Below are positions 25,784 to 38,553 of a stretch of DNA of 64,000 nt, one piece after another. The position numbers and the translations under genes are program-made. The notes under the pieces were generated by a model, which searched no databases, was not told the origin of the DNA, and was given only the letters and a program-made list of their open reading frames with translations. The first letter of the stretch is position 1. Each line of letters opens with the position of its first letter. Origin of the DNA: Octopus sinensis (Eukaryota); contig NC_043005.1 of the NCBI RefSeq assembly GCF_006345805.1, positions 26,412,001 to 26,476,000 on the forward strand, in the 5' to 3' direction.

Positions 25784-26310
<527 letters not shown>

Positions 26311-26489
26311 TTATTACTTAAGTAATCTTATTTTCATTACCAATTTTCACTGCACAACGGAGTAAAGACTTGTATGCTGTAAGAATAGGAAATCTAGAGC
26401 AGTGTTAGAAGGAATGAGTACAAATGAATTAATTCTGTTAAATGAGTACAAATGACTTAATTCTGTAATACATCTGAAAAACAATTGGC

Positions 26490-26765
26490 ACCCCGTCGGT
26501 TACGTGAAATTAACGTCCAAGTGAATGAGCACTCTACAGACACGTGTGCCCCTAACGTAGTTCTCAGGAAGACTCAGCGTGGTTCAGAATGTGACAAGGC
26601 TGGTCCCTTTGAAATTACAGGTACTGCTCATTTTTGGCAGCTGAGTGGACGGGAGTAACGTGAAATAAAGTGTTTTGCTCATGAATACAACGCGTTGTTA
26701 AGAATCGAACTCACAACCTCACGCTCGTGAGTCGAATATCTCAAAACACTAAGCCACGCACCATC
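26490..26765 (-). mobile_element. SINE family D (tRNA head, V/Meta-like central domain) carrying a family-C-type tail
   Basis: Head and centre match 50795-51125; tail matches family C (acagacacgtgtgcccctaacgtagttctc). Confidence 0.65.
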
Positions 26766-27255
26766 ACTAACAAACAGTAACCCCTCGACTATCGCGGGTG
26801 TTACGCTCCAAAATCCCCCGCGATAAGTGAAAATCTGCGAAGTAGAAACAGTTCTGTACAGTACATTTTTTCTATTATTTTCGTAATTTGTATATAGGTA
26901 TGGCCTCTGCAATCACAGGATTGATCCCACCCCATGGCATTTAGGGGAAACGTCATTTTTCCGTGGCCTCGGGTCGATCCATGCTTTACCAGTGAAACTG
27001 AGTCAACAGAAACTATACAGAGGGTTGTCAGTTGGATTGTCCCTGGAATTTCAAGGACCAGTTTTGTTACATGTTAAGTCACGCTGAATCTGCCCGAGAA
27101 TTGCATTAAAGCTAGGGTACACTACACCAAGAGCAGATAATTCATCATCATCATCATCATCATCGTCATCGTCATCGTCATCGTCATATCATCATCAACA
27201 TCATCATCATCATCATCATAATCATCATCGTCATTATTATTATTATGATGATGAA

Positions 27256-27480
27256 GGCGGTGAGCTGGCAAAATTGTTGGCACGCCGTGCGTAATGCTTG
27301 CCGGTATTCCGTCTGTTGCTATATTCTGAGTTCAAATTCCGCCGAGGTCGTCTTTGCCTTTCATCCTTTCGGGTTTGATAAATTAAGTACCGGTTGCGTA
27401 CTGCGGACGATCTAATCGACTGGCTCCCTCCCCCAAAATTTCGGACCTTGTGCCTAGAGTAGAAAAGATTATTATTATTA

Positions 27481-27519
<39 letters not shown>

Positions 27520-27747
27520 GTTCAACAGTTTTTAATGTGGCGAGCTGGCAGAATCGTCAATGCTCAGGACGAAATGCTTAGCGGTATTTCGCCCGTCGGT
27601 ACGTTCTGAGTTCAAATTCCGCCGAGGTCAACTTTGCCTTTCATCCTTCGGGGTTTGATAAAATAAATACCAGTTGAACACTGGGTCGATGTAGTCGACT
27701 CATACCCCTCCCCTAAAATTGCTGCCCTTGTGGAAAAATTTGACACC
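27256..27747 (+). mobile_element. Two adjacent SINE family A copies (27256-27468, 27538-27747) separated by (ATT)n
   Basis: Two heads with B-boxes and tail variant 2. Confidence 0.85.
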
Positions 27748-28740
27748 ATTATTTTCAACAGTTTTTTTTTCGCCTGTCTACGTTACGGATATTGTTCAAG
27801 GAAAAAGTAAGAGTCGATAAATCTTGCTAAGTTGTAAAACTCTCAGTGAATGCAATCGAAATAGTATTAAATTACAATCGCCATCTGCGTATCATAACAG
27901 CATTGATGAGCTCCAAGTGAGGCTAAACACATCTGACGCTCTCGAGAGTCCCTGCTGGGACGATGTACTTCTCCCTCCGATATGTATATTATGTTTGAAT
28001 ACAACATGCCTTCGAAGAGATTTTTTTCTCTGACAAAATCCACGGCATCACGCCTTTTAACTATATGTATATATTTTCGTATGATATACAGATGACAATT
28101 TTAATTTGCTGCTGTTTCACTTGCGATTACCGAGTTTTTCACAGCTTGGCAAATCTTTCTGCAATATCAGTGAATGTATTATTTTCTGTTTCCTATAAAT
28201 CTAAGTACGACATATGGCAAATGAAAGACAGAAGATGGAATATATGAGAATTTATCATTAGTCACAAGAATTGTTTTGACACATCTAGCATCGATCCTTC
28301 ATGGGTGGAACACTCAACAACTGGTTCAGGAGCATCCGGTGGTGCAGATATATCTCGTCGGGGGATAAATAAATACAACTCGTTAAAATAACAGTTCCGC
28401 AATCTAACTTCTCATTTTGTAGAAAGAGCAGCAGCCAGACGGAGGAAACATCTTCATTTATATAGAAGTTCAAAAATAAAATCACAGGTGGCAAAAAGAG
28501 AAACAGGTGTAAAAGCAATGACATTATGGATAAACACTAAAACTGAAATTCTTAATGCACCTTACCTGTTTGATTTGCTTTTAAAATTTTCAAGATGAGG
28601 TATATTAATTTGAATTAATTAAATTACGGGTATAATCGATACAAGATTTTATTCTTTCTCTATATTTCATTCAAACATTTTCATTGAAAATAAAGTACCA
28701 TTACAAAACTTTTACCATTACAAAATTCCTTTACGCAAGA

Positions 28741-28930
28741 TTGGCTGTGTGGTAAGTAGCTTGCTTAGCAACCACATGGTTCCGGGTTCAGTCCCACTGC
28801 ATGGCACCTTGGGTAAGTGTTTTCTACTATAGCCCTGGGCCGGCCAAAGTCTTGTGAGTGGATTTGGTAGACGGAATACTGAAAGAAGCCCGTCGTATAT
28901 ATATATATATATATTATATATATATATGTA
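28741..28930 (+). mobile_element. SINE family B, 5' half ending in (TA)n
   Basis: Homologous to 22543-22700. Confidence 0.85.
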
Positions 28931-29046
28931 TATATATGTATATATATAACGGGAAGCTTTATGAAAATAGACAAAAGACGAAGGCAGGTGGAAAACAAAC
29001 GAACAATTGTATTAGTATGGCGCTCAGGAAATATAAATAAAACAAG

Positions 29047-29084
29047 TCTTTAACGTTTCGAGCCTACGCTCTTCAACAGAAAGA
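29047..29084 (-). ncRNA. Hammerhead-like motif with variant core CUGUUGA
   Basis: UCUUU-CUGUUGA-A-GAGC(guag)GCUC-GAAA-C-GUU-AAAGA; homologue at 46614-46649. Confidence 0.6.
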
Positions 29085-29629
29085 TACACAGAGAGAAAAA
29101 AAACACAGAAAGAAGGAGAAAAAAAAATGCGTGCAGTAGCTAACGAATCAACATGGCGATCTGATTTCGGCCAGAGGTCAAAGATCAAACATGAGACGCG
29201 AGAGCGAATAAGGGGAGATAATAGGGTTGATAATATGGTTGAAGGACCAGCTAATAGTGCGTAGGAGGGGTCTGGATGTGTGTATGTATAGGGTTGGTGT
29301 ATGTATTAGTATGTATAAGGGTGTGTGTATGTGTGTGTGTGTATGAGAGAGTATTAGTGCGTAGGATTGGTGTGGACGTGCGTATGTATGGGGTTGGTGT
29401 ATGTATTAGTATGTATTAGTATGTATTAGTACGTATTAGTATGTATAAGTGTGTGTGTGTATGAGAGAGTATAAGTGCGTATGAGGGGTTTGGACGTGTG
29501 TATGTATAGGGTTGGTGTATGTATTAGTATGTATTAGTATGTATTAGTACGTATTAGTATATATTAGTTGGTGTATGTATTAGTATGGCACATCATATAT
29601 GATGTGATGTGTGAAGTCGTGTGGTGTAG

Positions 29630-29915
29630 TGAGGAGAAGAGGGGGAGACGGGGGAGGGGAGGAGAGGGGGGAAGAGGAGAGGATGGGGGAGAGAGAGGAG
29701 GGGTAGAAGGAAGGGGAGGAGATGGGAGGAAGGAGGAAAGAGGGAGAGGGGGAGTGAGGGAGCAGAGGGAAGGGGAAGAGGGAAGGAGGGAGGGAGAAAG
29801 AGGGAGGGAGAAAGAGGGAAGAAGGGAAGGGGAGTAGGGGTGAAAGGATGAAGGACTGAAGAAGTAGGGGTCGGGGGGAAAGGATAGGTGAGGAGGGGGG
29901 AGAGGGGGTTAGATG
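29630..29915 (+). repeat. Polypurine (GA-rich) low-complexity tract
   Basis: Almost only G and A over ~280 nt. Confidence 0.9.
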
Positions 29916-30465
29916 AGGAATATATATATATATATATATAGATATATATACACACACATATGTATATGTATGTATATTGTGTTTGAATTCAACATGCCTT
30001 CGAAGAGATTTTATCTCTGACAAAATCCACGGCATCACGCCTTTTAAAAATATGTATATATTTTTGTATGATATACATACATATATGTATGTATGTATGT
30101 ACGTATTTACGTATGTACGTATGTTGTATGTATGTATGTATGTATATATGTATATGTTTGTGTGTCTGTGTTTGTCCCCACCCCAACATCACTTAGCAAC
30201 CGATGCTGGTGTGTTTACGTCCCCCGTAACTTAGAGCTTCGGCAAGTTACGGGGGAAATGACACACCGGTTCCAGTCATTGAGACTTTTTCAACTTTAAG
30301 TATGGAAAACAATTAAATTTAGAAAAATTAAAAAAGTTTTTTTAAAAGAATATTTGTCTAGTGTTCAAATATAAGTGGCATTTTCTTTGTTTCTGCCTGT
30401 CTCTGTGTCTCTTGTTTAGTCTTGCGGTTCGAGGTCGTTGTGAATTCTTGGTAGGGAAGAAGAAG

Positions 30466-30565
30466 NNNNNNNNNNNNNNNNNNNNNNNNNNNNNNNNNNN
30501 NNNNNNNNNNNNNNNNNNNNNNNNNNNNNNNNNNNNNNNNNNNNNNNNNNNNNNNNNNNNNNNNN
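30466..30565. other. Assembly gap (100 N)
   Basis: Run of N following (AAG)n. Confidence 1.
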
Positions 30566-31760
30566 ATGGATATGTGCGGGATGTGCGTGTGAGTATGTGT
30601 GTGAGTGTATAAACGTTGCTATAGCTTTCCCTGCCTGTGCTGGTTTATTTATACGCCATTTGATGACAGACATATATTTTGTAATTTAGTAACCGTAAAG
30701 AAGACAATGGTAATTTAAATTCAAATCCACAAGCCAATCATATTTTAGCGCTAGATTCGTAACTATTTCTGAAAGTAATAGTGTATTTGTGTCACAATGG
30801 AAATTATAAATTTGAACTCGGACGTACATCTTTGCACCTGTGGATCTTAATGTCGTGTAAACAGAATGCTTTTATTTCATATTTCGTATGTATATGCAGA
30901 TATTTAACACTTTGCATGGTATTGTAGTACTATTGTGACTATATTGCTAATAATGGAATCTATATATTGTTTTTCTAGTATTAGCGTTATTAATAATAAT
31001 ATGAATGATGATATTGGTAGCATTAGTGGTAATGACAATGATAATGATGCTAACATTAATGACATTTTGGAAATTAATAAGAATTAATATAATGTACTCT
31101 TGACTCTGTATATTTGCATTTAAGTATTAATATGTGTATGTTTTTCTACATTGTAATTATCACAATATTAAGTTGGAAAACTGTAACATTGAATGTGGAA
31201 CATATGTATGTTTATTGATTTATATTATTTATATCATTATGTATATGTATATTTATATGTATAGGAGTATGAGTATATGCACTCATATATATATGTATAT
31301 GTTTTATTATGGGTACGTACCCACACCTATATAAGTGTGTATGTATCTGATTTGTATCACATAATCTCCGAAGAGGCCTAGGATATTTTTGTAAATTTCT
31401 CATTTATAACTACATATTGACCTACCATAATGGCTAATATAAGTAAAATGAGACATACTTATCTGCATGGCGAAAACAGCTGTAAGATGTAGTCTATATT
31501 TATATTTATATTTACTTATATTATATTCTCTTATACATATTGTACTTATTGTATAAACATTACTCCTTTATGCACACTCCTTTATGTACACTGTTTTGTT
31601 CTACATTATTATGTTTGACCTTAAAGTTTCTTATGTGGTGGTTTAATAAAGTATGTGATTGGGTATTATCTGGTAATTGATATTTGATTTGGATGTATTT
31701 CTCCATTTTCTTATTTTGTATATATATATATATATATATCTGTGTGTGTGCGCGTGTGAT

Positions 31761-31802
<42 letters not shown>

Positions 31803-33323
31803 ATTCCCCAAGACGCAATTGATTAAAGAACTCAATACGCAAATGAAAAGTATTCTTTATTATGCTTTAACTCAGTACATTTTGATTACCATTATTCCAA
31901 GTAACATGTTTCCACATTTTCAGCTGGCAATCCGACCCTGTTTCTTTCTAAATTATCTCTTGTTTGGATATATCTTGAAGTATTGTAGAAACTATCGAAA
32001 AATTCTTATCTTTATATTTCTTAAGAATGTTGAACGAATGATACTTATAAAAACGGCTGTTTCCAGTTCACATTTTCCGTTTCATTCCTGGCTCTCATAG
32101 GAATAATCAAAATGGTTAAACGCATATCAATGATATTCGTTATTGCATTCCGAATGCAAAACTTCATGCAAGAAATATTCTCTTGTGGAACTTTGTTAAT
32201 TTTTTTATACACTTCAAAACAAACGTTATTTCGCCGAACCGAGTTGCAAATCAAGGAGACAGATACTTATACACAACAGATACTTATACAAGATGCAATC
32301 AGTTCTGTTCTTTTATTCATACCACCGCTGCCTTCTAATAAAGTTCCTAATTTTTCGCTCCAGTGTTAGTCACGCCGCATTTACAGTTACTGTTCCTATA
32401 CGGTTGCGCCTTGCCTACACTTGATCGAGTAATTTCGAATTCCCGAAGGCTTGCCTAACGTCAGAACTGTACAAATTCACAGTGCATTTATTTATCAAAT
32501 GCGTGCGCTCATAGACTCAATCTTCTAATATCAATTCAATTACTTTAATAATTTGTGTGGGCCCGCGGCTAATCTGTCCGTTTCATTCAAATCTTCAGTA
32601 TAGTGCAGCCTTTGATATAACTACCGAAATTCTTACTGACTTTAACATAATACCTGTTTAATATCTAACTCTGCTTCTAACTTGTCCGGAAATGCTAATC
32701 AATTTAATTAAGGAATTCCCATGTATTTGCTCTTACTATTACATTATAATGAGTTATACCATAAAATCCTACTTATCATATTCTCATTCCTACCTGTTTG
32801 TTCTCAAACTTTTTACGTCGAAATCCTCGTCTACACTCAACTGTTTCCGGGCTCTTCATTTCAGTACTCGGCTCTTTCAAAAAAAAAAAAAAGGCATCTC
32901 CATTGGAAGATGTCGAACTATCCGAGCTTTTTTTTTTTTATATTTTCTATTTCTGACTATTCTTTATTTTCCTATTATTGTCCTCCACTGCAGAATTTTG
33001 GTGTAACCTGTCCCTCTTTCTTTCGTTCAATTTGTCTTGTTGTGTAATCTTCGTATGTACCAAACCACTAAAATTATCATTCTCATAAAAATGTTTTTTT
33101 TTGGGGTTTTTTTTTCACATTTCCGGCGAAAGTAAATCCTTAACATAGCAAAAACAGAATCCCAAACACTGGCATTTCTCTTGAGAACCAGAAAATATTT
33201 CAGCTCCCGATAATAACTGATAATCTACAAAGCTGAATGAGGTCCATGGTGGAATATTGTAAACAAATCCTGAACCACATTTAGAAATGTTTTTAATTAA
33301 ACGTTTTTAAGTTACCAAAATGT

Positions 33324-33358
<35 letters not shown>

Positions 33359-33826
33359 TTTCACAAGTCGCATACTTTTAAAATGGAAGCCTAGTTGACT
33401 CTTAAAACATCATTAAATCCAAAAAATTCAATGTTTATTTAAATGTTGTTTCCAATTAAATAGAAATATGTTTGCTGAACATTTTTTTCTCTCCTCGTAA
33501 TAATGTACTTTTCAAAACAACATGCTTGTCTTTTTCTGTTTTGTAAGCAATTCTTCGTTGCCGTTTCAGCATTTCGAGTAAAATGACGATGTTTACGTGG
33601 TGTATTTTCATACCTTCCACTTGATGTATCCATTTTACTTGATACATTTTTATGCTTTATAGCTGAAATATACTTCTCCATTTTTTTTTTTTTTTAAATC
33701 AAAAATACGCCTTATTCTCCGTTGCAAACAGTTTATCAGCATGGCATACTGATAACTCTTTTCGAAATGTAAACAAAACTATAATGCGAAAGTTTTTAGA
33801 AGAGAAATTCATGAATGGTGATGTGT

Positions 33827-34208
33827 GGAAGCACTCCGTCGGTTACGACGACGAGGGTTCCGGTTGATCCGAATCAACGGAACAGCCTGCTCGTGAAATT
33901 AACGTATAAGTGACTGAGCACTCCACAGACACGTGTACCCTTAACGTAGTTCTCGGGGATATTCAGCGTGACACAGAGAGTGACAAGGCCGGCCCTTTGA
34001 AATACAGGTACAACAGAAACAGGAAGTAAGAGTGAGAGAAAGTTGTGGTGAAAGAGTACAGCAGGGATCACCACCATCCCCTGCCGGAGCCTCGTGGAGC
34101 TTTAGGTGTTTTCGCTCAATTAACACTCACAACGCCCGGTCTGGGAATCGAAACCGCGATCCTATGACCGCGAGTCCGCTGCCCTAACCACTGGGCCATT
34201 GCGCCTCC
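33827..34208 (-). mobile_element. SINE family C, complete
   Basis: Reverse complement of the 37510-37890 type. Confidence 0.9.
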
Positions 34209-34396
34209 ACTGAATGGTGATGTATATCTATCCAGAAATTGAAAGTTCACCAGCATCGAGGTACCATTTAATTGCATGGATTTGTATTTATATAAAATGA
34301 CTTCGATTTTCTGTAAAATATACATGATGGAACCGCAATATGGTTACTCGATCTGCTAGAAAGTCTAGCCAAATCTCCTCAACAATAATATGATAC

Positions 34397-34756
34397 GGGC
34401 ATATGGCGTAGTGGTTAAGAGCGCAGGCTACTAACCCCAAGATTACGAGTTCGTTACCAGGCAGTGACTTGAATAAATAATAATAATAATGATAATAATA
34501 ATAATAATAATAACAACAATAATAATAATAATAATAATAATGCTCATGGGAACTGACAATGTAATCTCAAATTTTAAAACAAACATAATTTTCTTATGGT
34601 TTCTTAAACATTCTCTAGAACAACACTATGTACAAAACCAAATATATGGCACTCTAAGCATAACACCAACATAAACTTCTAGCTTGTTGTCCCTTGAGGT
34701 CTCTGGGTGAGACTTGGAGCTAACTTGTACAAACGCAGAGCAAAGGTCAAACATAA

Positions 34757-34793
<37 letters not shown>

Positions 34794-34966
34794 TCGAAAA
34801 TTACCTTAGGAATGAGAACCCACGTTCGAAATTTCCCCCAAGACACCTGATGAAGGCTGGAGGGTGTATCAGTCGAAACTTTGTGTTGACAACAAACAAG
34901 ATGAGGACAAATATCCGTCGAATGTAAATAAAGTACATCATTCCCCGTCTCTTAAATATAAAACTG
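34397..34966 (+). mobile_element. tRNA-Ser-like head, (AAT)n and hammerhead-bearing tail, interrupted by a LINE 3' fragment
   Basis: A-box TGGCGTAGTGG, loop CTACTAA, B-box GAGTTCGTTACC. The tail (34791-34966) is homologous to 14583-14724 and has CTGATGA at 34847. Confidence 0.6.
34541..34756 (+). mobile_element. Probable RLE-type LINE 3' tip inserted in (AAT)n
   Basis: Starts LMGT (compare LLRTAHIL and LLGTARIL in the two RLE ends above); (AAT)n on both sides. Confidence 0.45.
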
Positions 34967-35394
34967 TATTATGACAAAAGAAATCGAAAAAACTTTAAAA
35001 AAAAACACAAACAAAAAAGCTTTATTGCTGTTTCGAGGAAACGTGAGTAGACAAAAAGTACACATAGCAGTGAATATACCTTCGATCAAATTATCGAAAT
35101 GAAATGAGAGCCACGTTGAAGATTTCTAAACGGGCAATGAAAATTTAATTTTTATAAAGATATATTTTAATCGGAATTATTAAGATTTAACGATATTTAT
35201 TTCACACCGATATTTATTTCTCTCTCTCTCTCTCTCTCTCCATATATATATATATATATATAAATTATATATATAAATTTAGAATAATAAGGGTGAAAAT
35301 TGAATATTAATTTGATTAATTCCAATTTAAAATCAATGGTCTAAGAATACTGAAAAATCTGAAGATTCGGAAAAATTATATTACATACGTTTCT

Positions 35395-35433
<39 letters not shown>

Positions 35434-35507
35434 CATGTGACCTCGTGAGCACCGCCAGCAATTTTTTTTCCTCTGTCTTCCCTTCTCGGGATCTTTCCTT
35501 CTCCTTT

Positions 35508-35542
35508 GTTTCCGACGAAGAGCTCCGCTCGAAACGTTAAAC
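35508..35542 (+). ncRNA. Minimal hammerhead-like motif, core CCGACGA
   Basis: GUUU-CCGACGA-A-GAGC(ucc)GCUC-GAAA-C-GUU-AAAC, within a ~220-bp segment bounded by (TA)n on both sides. Confidence 0.65.
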
Positions 35543-36527
35543 CCTCCTTCCCTTCTTTCCTGAGCGTCCAATAATACTTTATTTGTTCCACGTCCTCGCG
35601 TTGCTGTGTTTTTTGTGTTTTCTTGTTTGGATTAACTATATATATATATATATAACTTCTCACGAAGCCTAGTATGAGATTTGAACCTGGTATTTTAACT
35701 CTGTATGTATCTCTCTTTTACACCTTTCTATGCGATGTAAAGCATGACTGGAGAAATCAACCAACCAGCCAGCCAGCCAGCCAGCCAATGTTTACATCGA
35801 TTATTATTAAATACAGACGACATAAGTAAATATAAACTGATCTGCAGAACGAATGATGAAAAATGTAAAAACTAATCTCTTAAAACAAAATTAATCTAGA
35901 AGAGAAAAATATCTAAAAACTGTCTGCCATATTAACGATGGAGGGAGGTTCGACAGCTTTCTTATCCCCCCCAGTTTATTTTTTTCTTAATCTGGTAATC
36001 AACATTAACCAACCATTAAATACATAGAATGCTTCGAATTTTCTTCGTTTTTTTTCTTCTCTAATTTATTCCCTGAGTGTTTGTAATTTTCTACAGGTAC
36101 ACATGTACATTCTTGCATTTCTACTTCTCTATTTACTACTTCAACATGTGCAGCGAAGTCTATGTTTTGATGACGAACTCTTATGGGGCAAAAGCCTGTT
36201 TGAAATTGTCTCCCTTGTCGAAAGTATCAATATAATCACGTTTTCAGAACTCAGATACATCTCTCCTGACGCCTCAATTCTGCCAATGTACTGGTGTCCT
36301 TCTTTTATCGGCCCTGAAGGGATAAAAGACAAACTGGACCTCACAGCAGGATTTGAACTCTGAACGCAAAGGATCAAAACAAATACCTCAAGGCATTCCC
36401 TCCAACGAACTAAATCACAAATTATGTCACGCACTTTGGATTGATATTATTTTAAAGAGAACAAATACATTTGTAAATTACCGGTCAGTAAAACCATCAA
36501 GCCATGAAGATTCTATGATATAAATAG

Positions 36528-36830
36528 GCGCAGGCGTGGCTGTGTGGTACGAAGTTTGCTTCCCAACCAAATAGTTCCGGGTTCAGTTCCACTTTGTGGC
36601 ATCCTGGGCAAGTCTCTTCTACTATAGTCACGGACCGACCAAAGCCTTGTGGATGGATTTGGGAGACAGAAATTGAAAGAAGCCCGTTGTATATATGTAT
36701 ATATATATGTATATGTTTGTGCGTCTGAGTTTGTACCCCAGACACACACACACACACACACACGACGGGCTTCTTTCTGTTTGCGTCTGCCAAATCCACT
36801 CGCAAGGCTTTGGTCGGCCCGAGGCTACAG
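36528..36830. mobile_element. Two opposed SINE family B 5' fragments
   Basis: Plus-strand copy at 36528-36690 and minus-strand fragment at 36763-36830 around a (TA)/(CA) tract. Confidence 0.8.
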
Positions 36831-36839
36831 AAGTAGAAA

Positions 36840-37243
36840 GGTTAGCACGCCGAGCGAAATACGTAGCCGTATTTCGTCTGCCGTTACGTTCTGAGTTCAA
36901 ATTCCGCCGAGGTCGACTTTGCCTTTTATCCTTTCGGGGTCGATTAAATAAGTACCAGTTACGAACTGGAGTCGATATGATCGACTTAATCCGTTTGTCT
37001 GTACTTGTTTGTCCTCTCTGTGTTTAGCCCCTTGTGGGTAGTAAAGAAATGGGTATTTCGTCTGCCGCTACGTTCTGAGTTCAAATTCCACCGAGGTAGA
37101 CTTTGCCCTTCATCCTTTCGGGGTCGATTAAATAAGTACCAGTTACGCACTAGAGTCAATGTAATCGACTTAATCCGTTTGTCTGTCCTTGTTTGTCCCC
37201 TCTACGTTTACCCCCCGCCCCCCCCGTGGGCAATAAAGAAATA
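36840..37243 (+). mobile_element. SINE family A, two bodies
   Basis: Junction aaagaaat|gggtatttcg. Confidence 0.85.
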
Positions 37244-37509
37244 TATAGTAGAAGACACTTGCCCAAGGTGCTACGCACTGGAACTGAACCCGGAACCATG
37301 TGATTGGGAAACAAGCTTCTTACCACACAGCCACGAGTATATATTGCAACGGAAAATTAACAGAGTCGAAGAAAATGTCTTGTGGTATTGATTTCCATTC
37401 TGTGCCTTGAAATCCCGCCGGTAAGGAGGTCATCCTTTTCCTTTCATCGTTCCGGGCTCTCATATAAATATAATTTGTACTATTAGTAGATGCAGTAGTT
37501 ATTATTAGT

Positions 37510-37890
37510 GGAGGTGCAATGGCCCAGTGGTTAGGGCAGCGGACTCGCGGTCGTAGGATCGCGGTTTCGATTCCCAGACCGGGCGTTGTGAGTGTTTATT
37601 GAGCGAAAACACCTAAAAGCTCCACGAGGCTCCGGCAGGGATGGTGATGATCCCTGCTGTACTCTTTCACTACAACTTTCTCTCACTCTTACTTCCTGTT
37701 TCTGTTGTACCTGTATTTCAAAGGGCCGGCCTTGTCACTCTCTGTGTCACGCTGAATATCCCCGAGAACTACGTTAAGGGTACACGTGTCTGTGGAGTGC
37801 TCAGCCACTCACACGTTAATTTCACGAGCAGGCTATTCCGTTGATCGGATCAACCGGAACCCTCGTCGTCGTAACCGACGGAGTGCTTCC
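37510..37890 (+). mobile_element. SINE family C, complete (tRNA-Arg-like head)
   Basis: A-box TGGCCCAGTGG, anticodon-like loop ggaCTCGCGgtc (UCG), B-box GGTTTCGATTCC; at least 6 homologues in the window. Confidence 0.9.
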
Positions 37891-38285
37891 ATTCCAGTTA
37901 TTATTAATACATCTTAAATTCAGTCATCATCGAACAAACTAATGAACAAATATATAGAAACCAGGACCAGTTGTTTAGAAGTCTTTTTTATTCAATAGGA
38001 AAGGCAGCCCCTGTGATCCTTTACTAGACCATCGAGAATAATGTGAGACGGAGGAAGGTGTCATCAAACTAAAGACCTGGTCTCAATGCTTGTAACAACT
38101 AAAATTCCAGTGAAGGTTACCCGAGGCACCAGATAGTGGCGTTATACCGGACGACAGCTTGAGTTTGACATCTAAGATAGCCGTGTGGGGGGGGGGGTGA
38201 ACAGAGAATGCAAGAATAGAAACAAGAACAAAAATAAAGGAACAAATACTGCAAGGTATTCGATCTCACGCTACTACAGTCAAAT

Positions 38286-38553
38286 CCACGAGGCTCTGTC
38301 AGGAGATGGTGGTGATCCCTGCTGTACTCTTTCACCACAACTTTCTCTCACTCTTCCTGTTTCTGTTGTACTTGTATTTCAAAGGGCCGGCCTTGTCACT
38401 CTCTGTGTCATGCTGAATATCCCCGAGAACTACGTTAAGGGTACACAAATCTGTGGAGTGCTCAGCCACTTACACGTTAATTTCACGAGCAGGCTGTTCC
38501 GTTGATTCGGATCAACCGGAACCCTCGTCGTCGTAACCGACGGAGTGCTTCCA
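38286..38553 (+). mobile_element. SINE family C, 5'-truncated
   Basis: Homologous to 37620-37890. Confidence 0.85.

Noticed and set aside
28285-28570. Exon on either strand
   Set aside because: All plus-strand frames stop soon after the acceptor, and the minus-strand frame lacks a convincing acceptor.
29630-29915. Proline-rich ORFs and a regulatory G-quadruplex
   Set aside because: Low-complexity purine tract; it could form non-B DNA but nothing indicates function.
34397-34470. Functional tRNA-Ser gene (similarly tRNA-Arg-like heads at 37510 and elsewhere)
   Set aside because: No complete cloverleaf or acceptor stem; these are SINE heads.
36635-36820. Fold-back like the hammerhead-associated ones
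   Set aside because: Simply two opposed SINE-B fragments with diverged arms.
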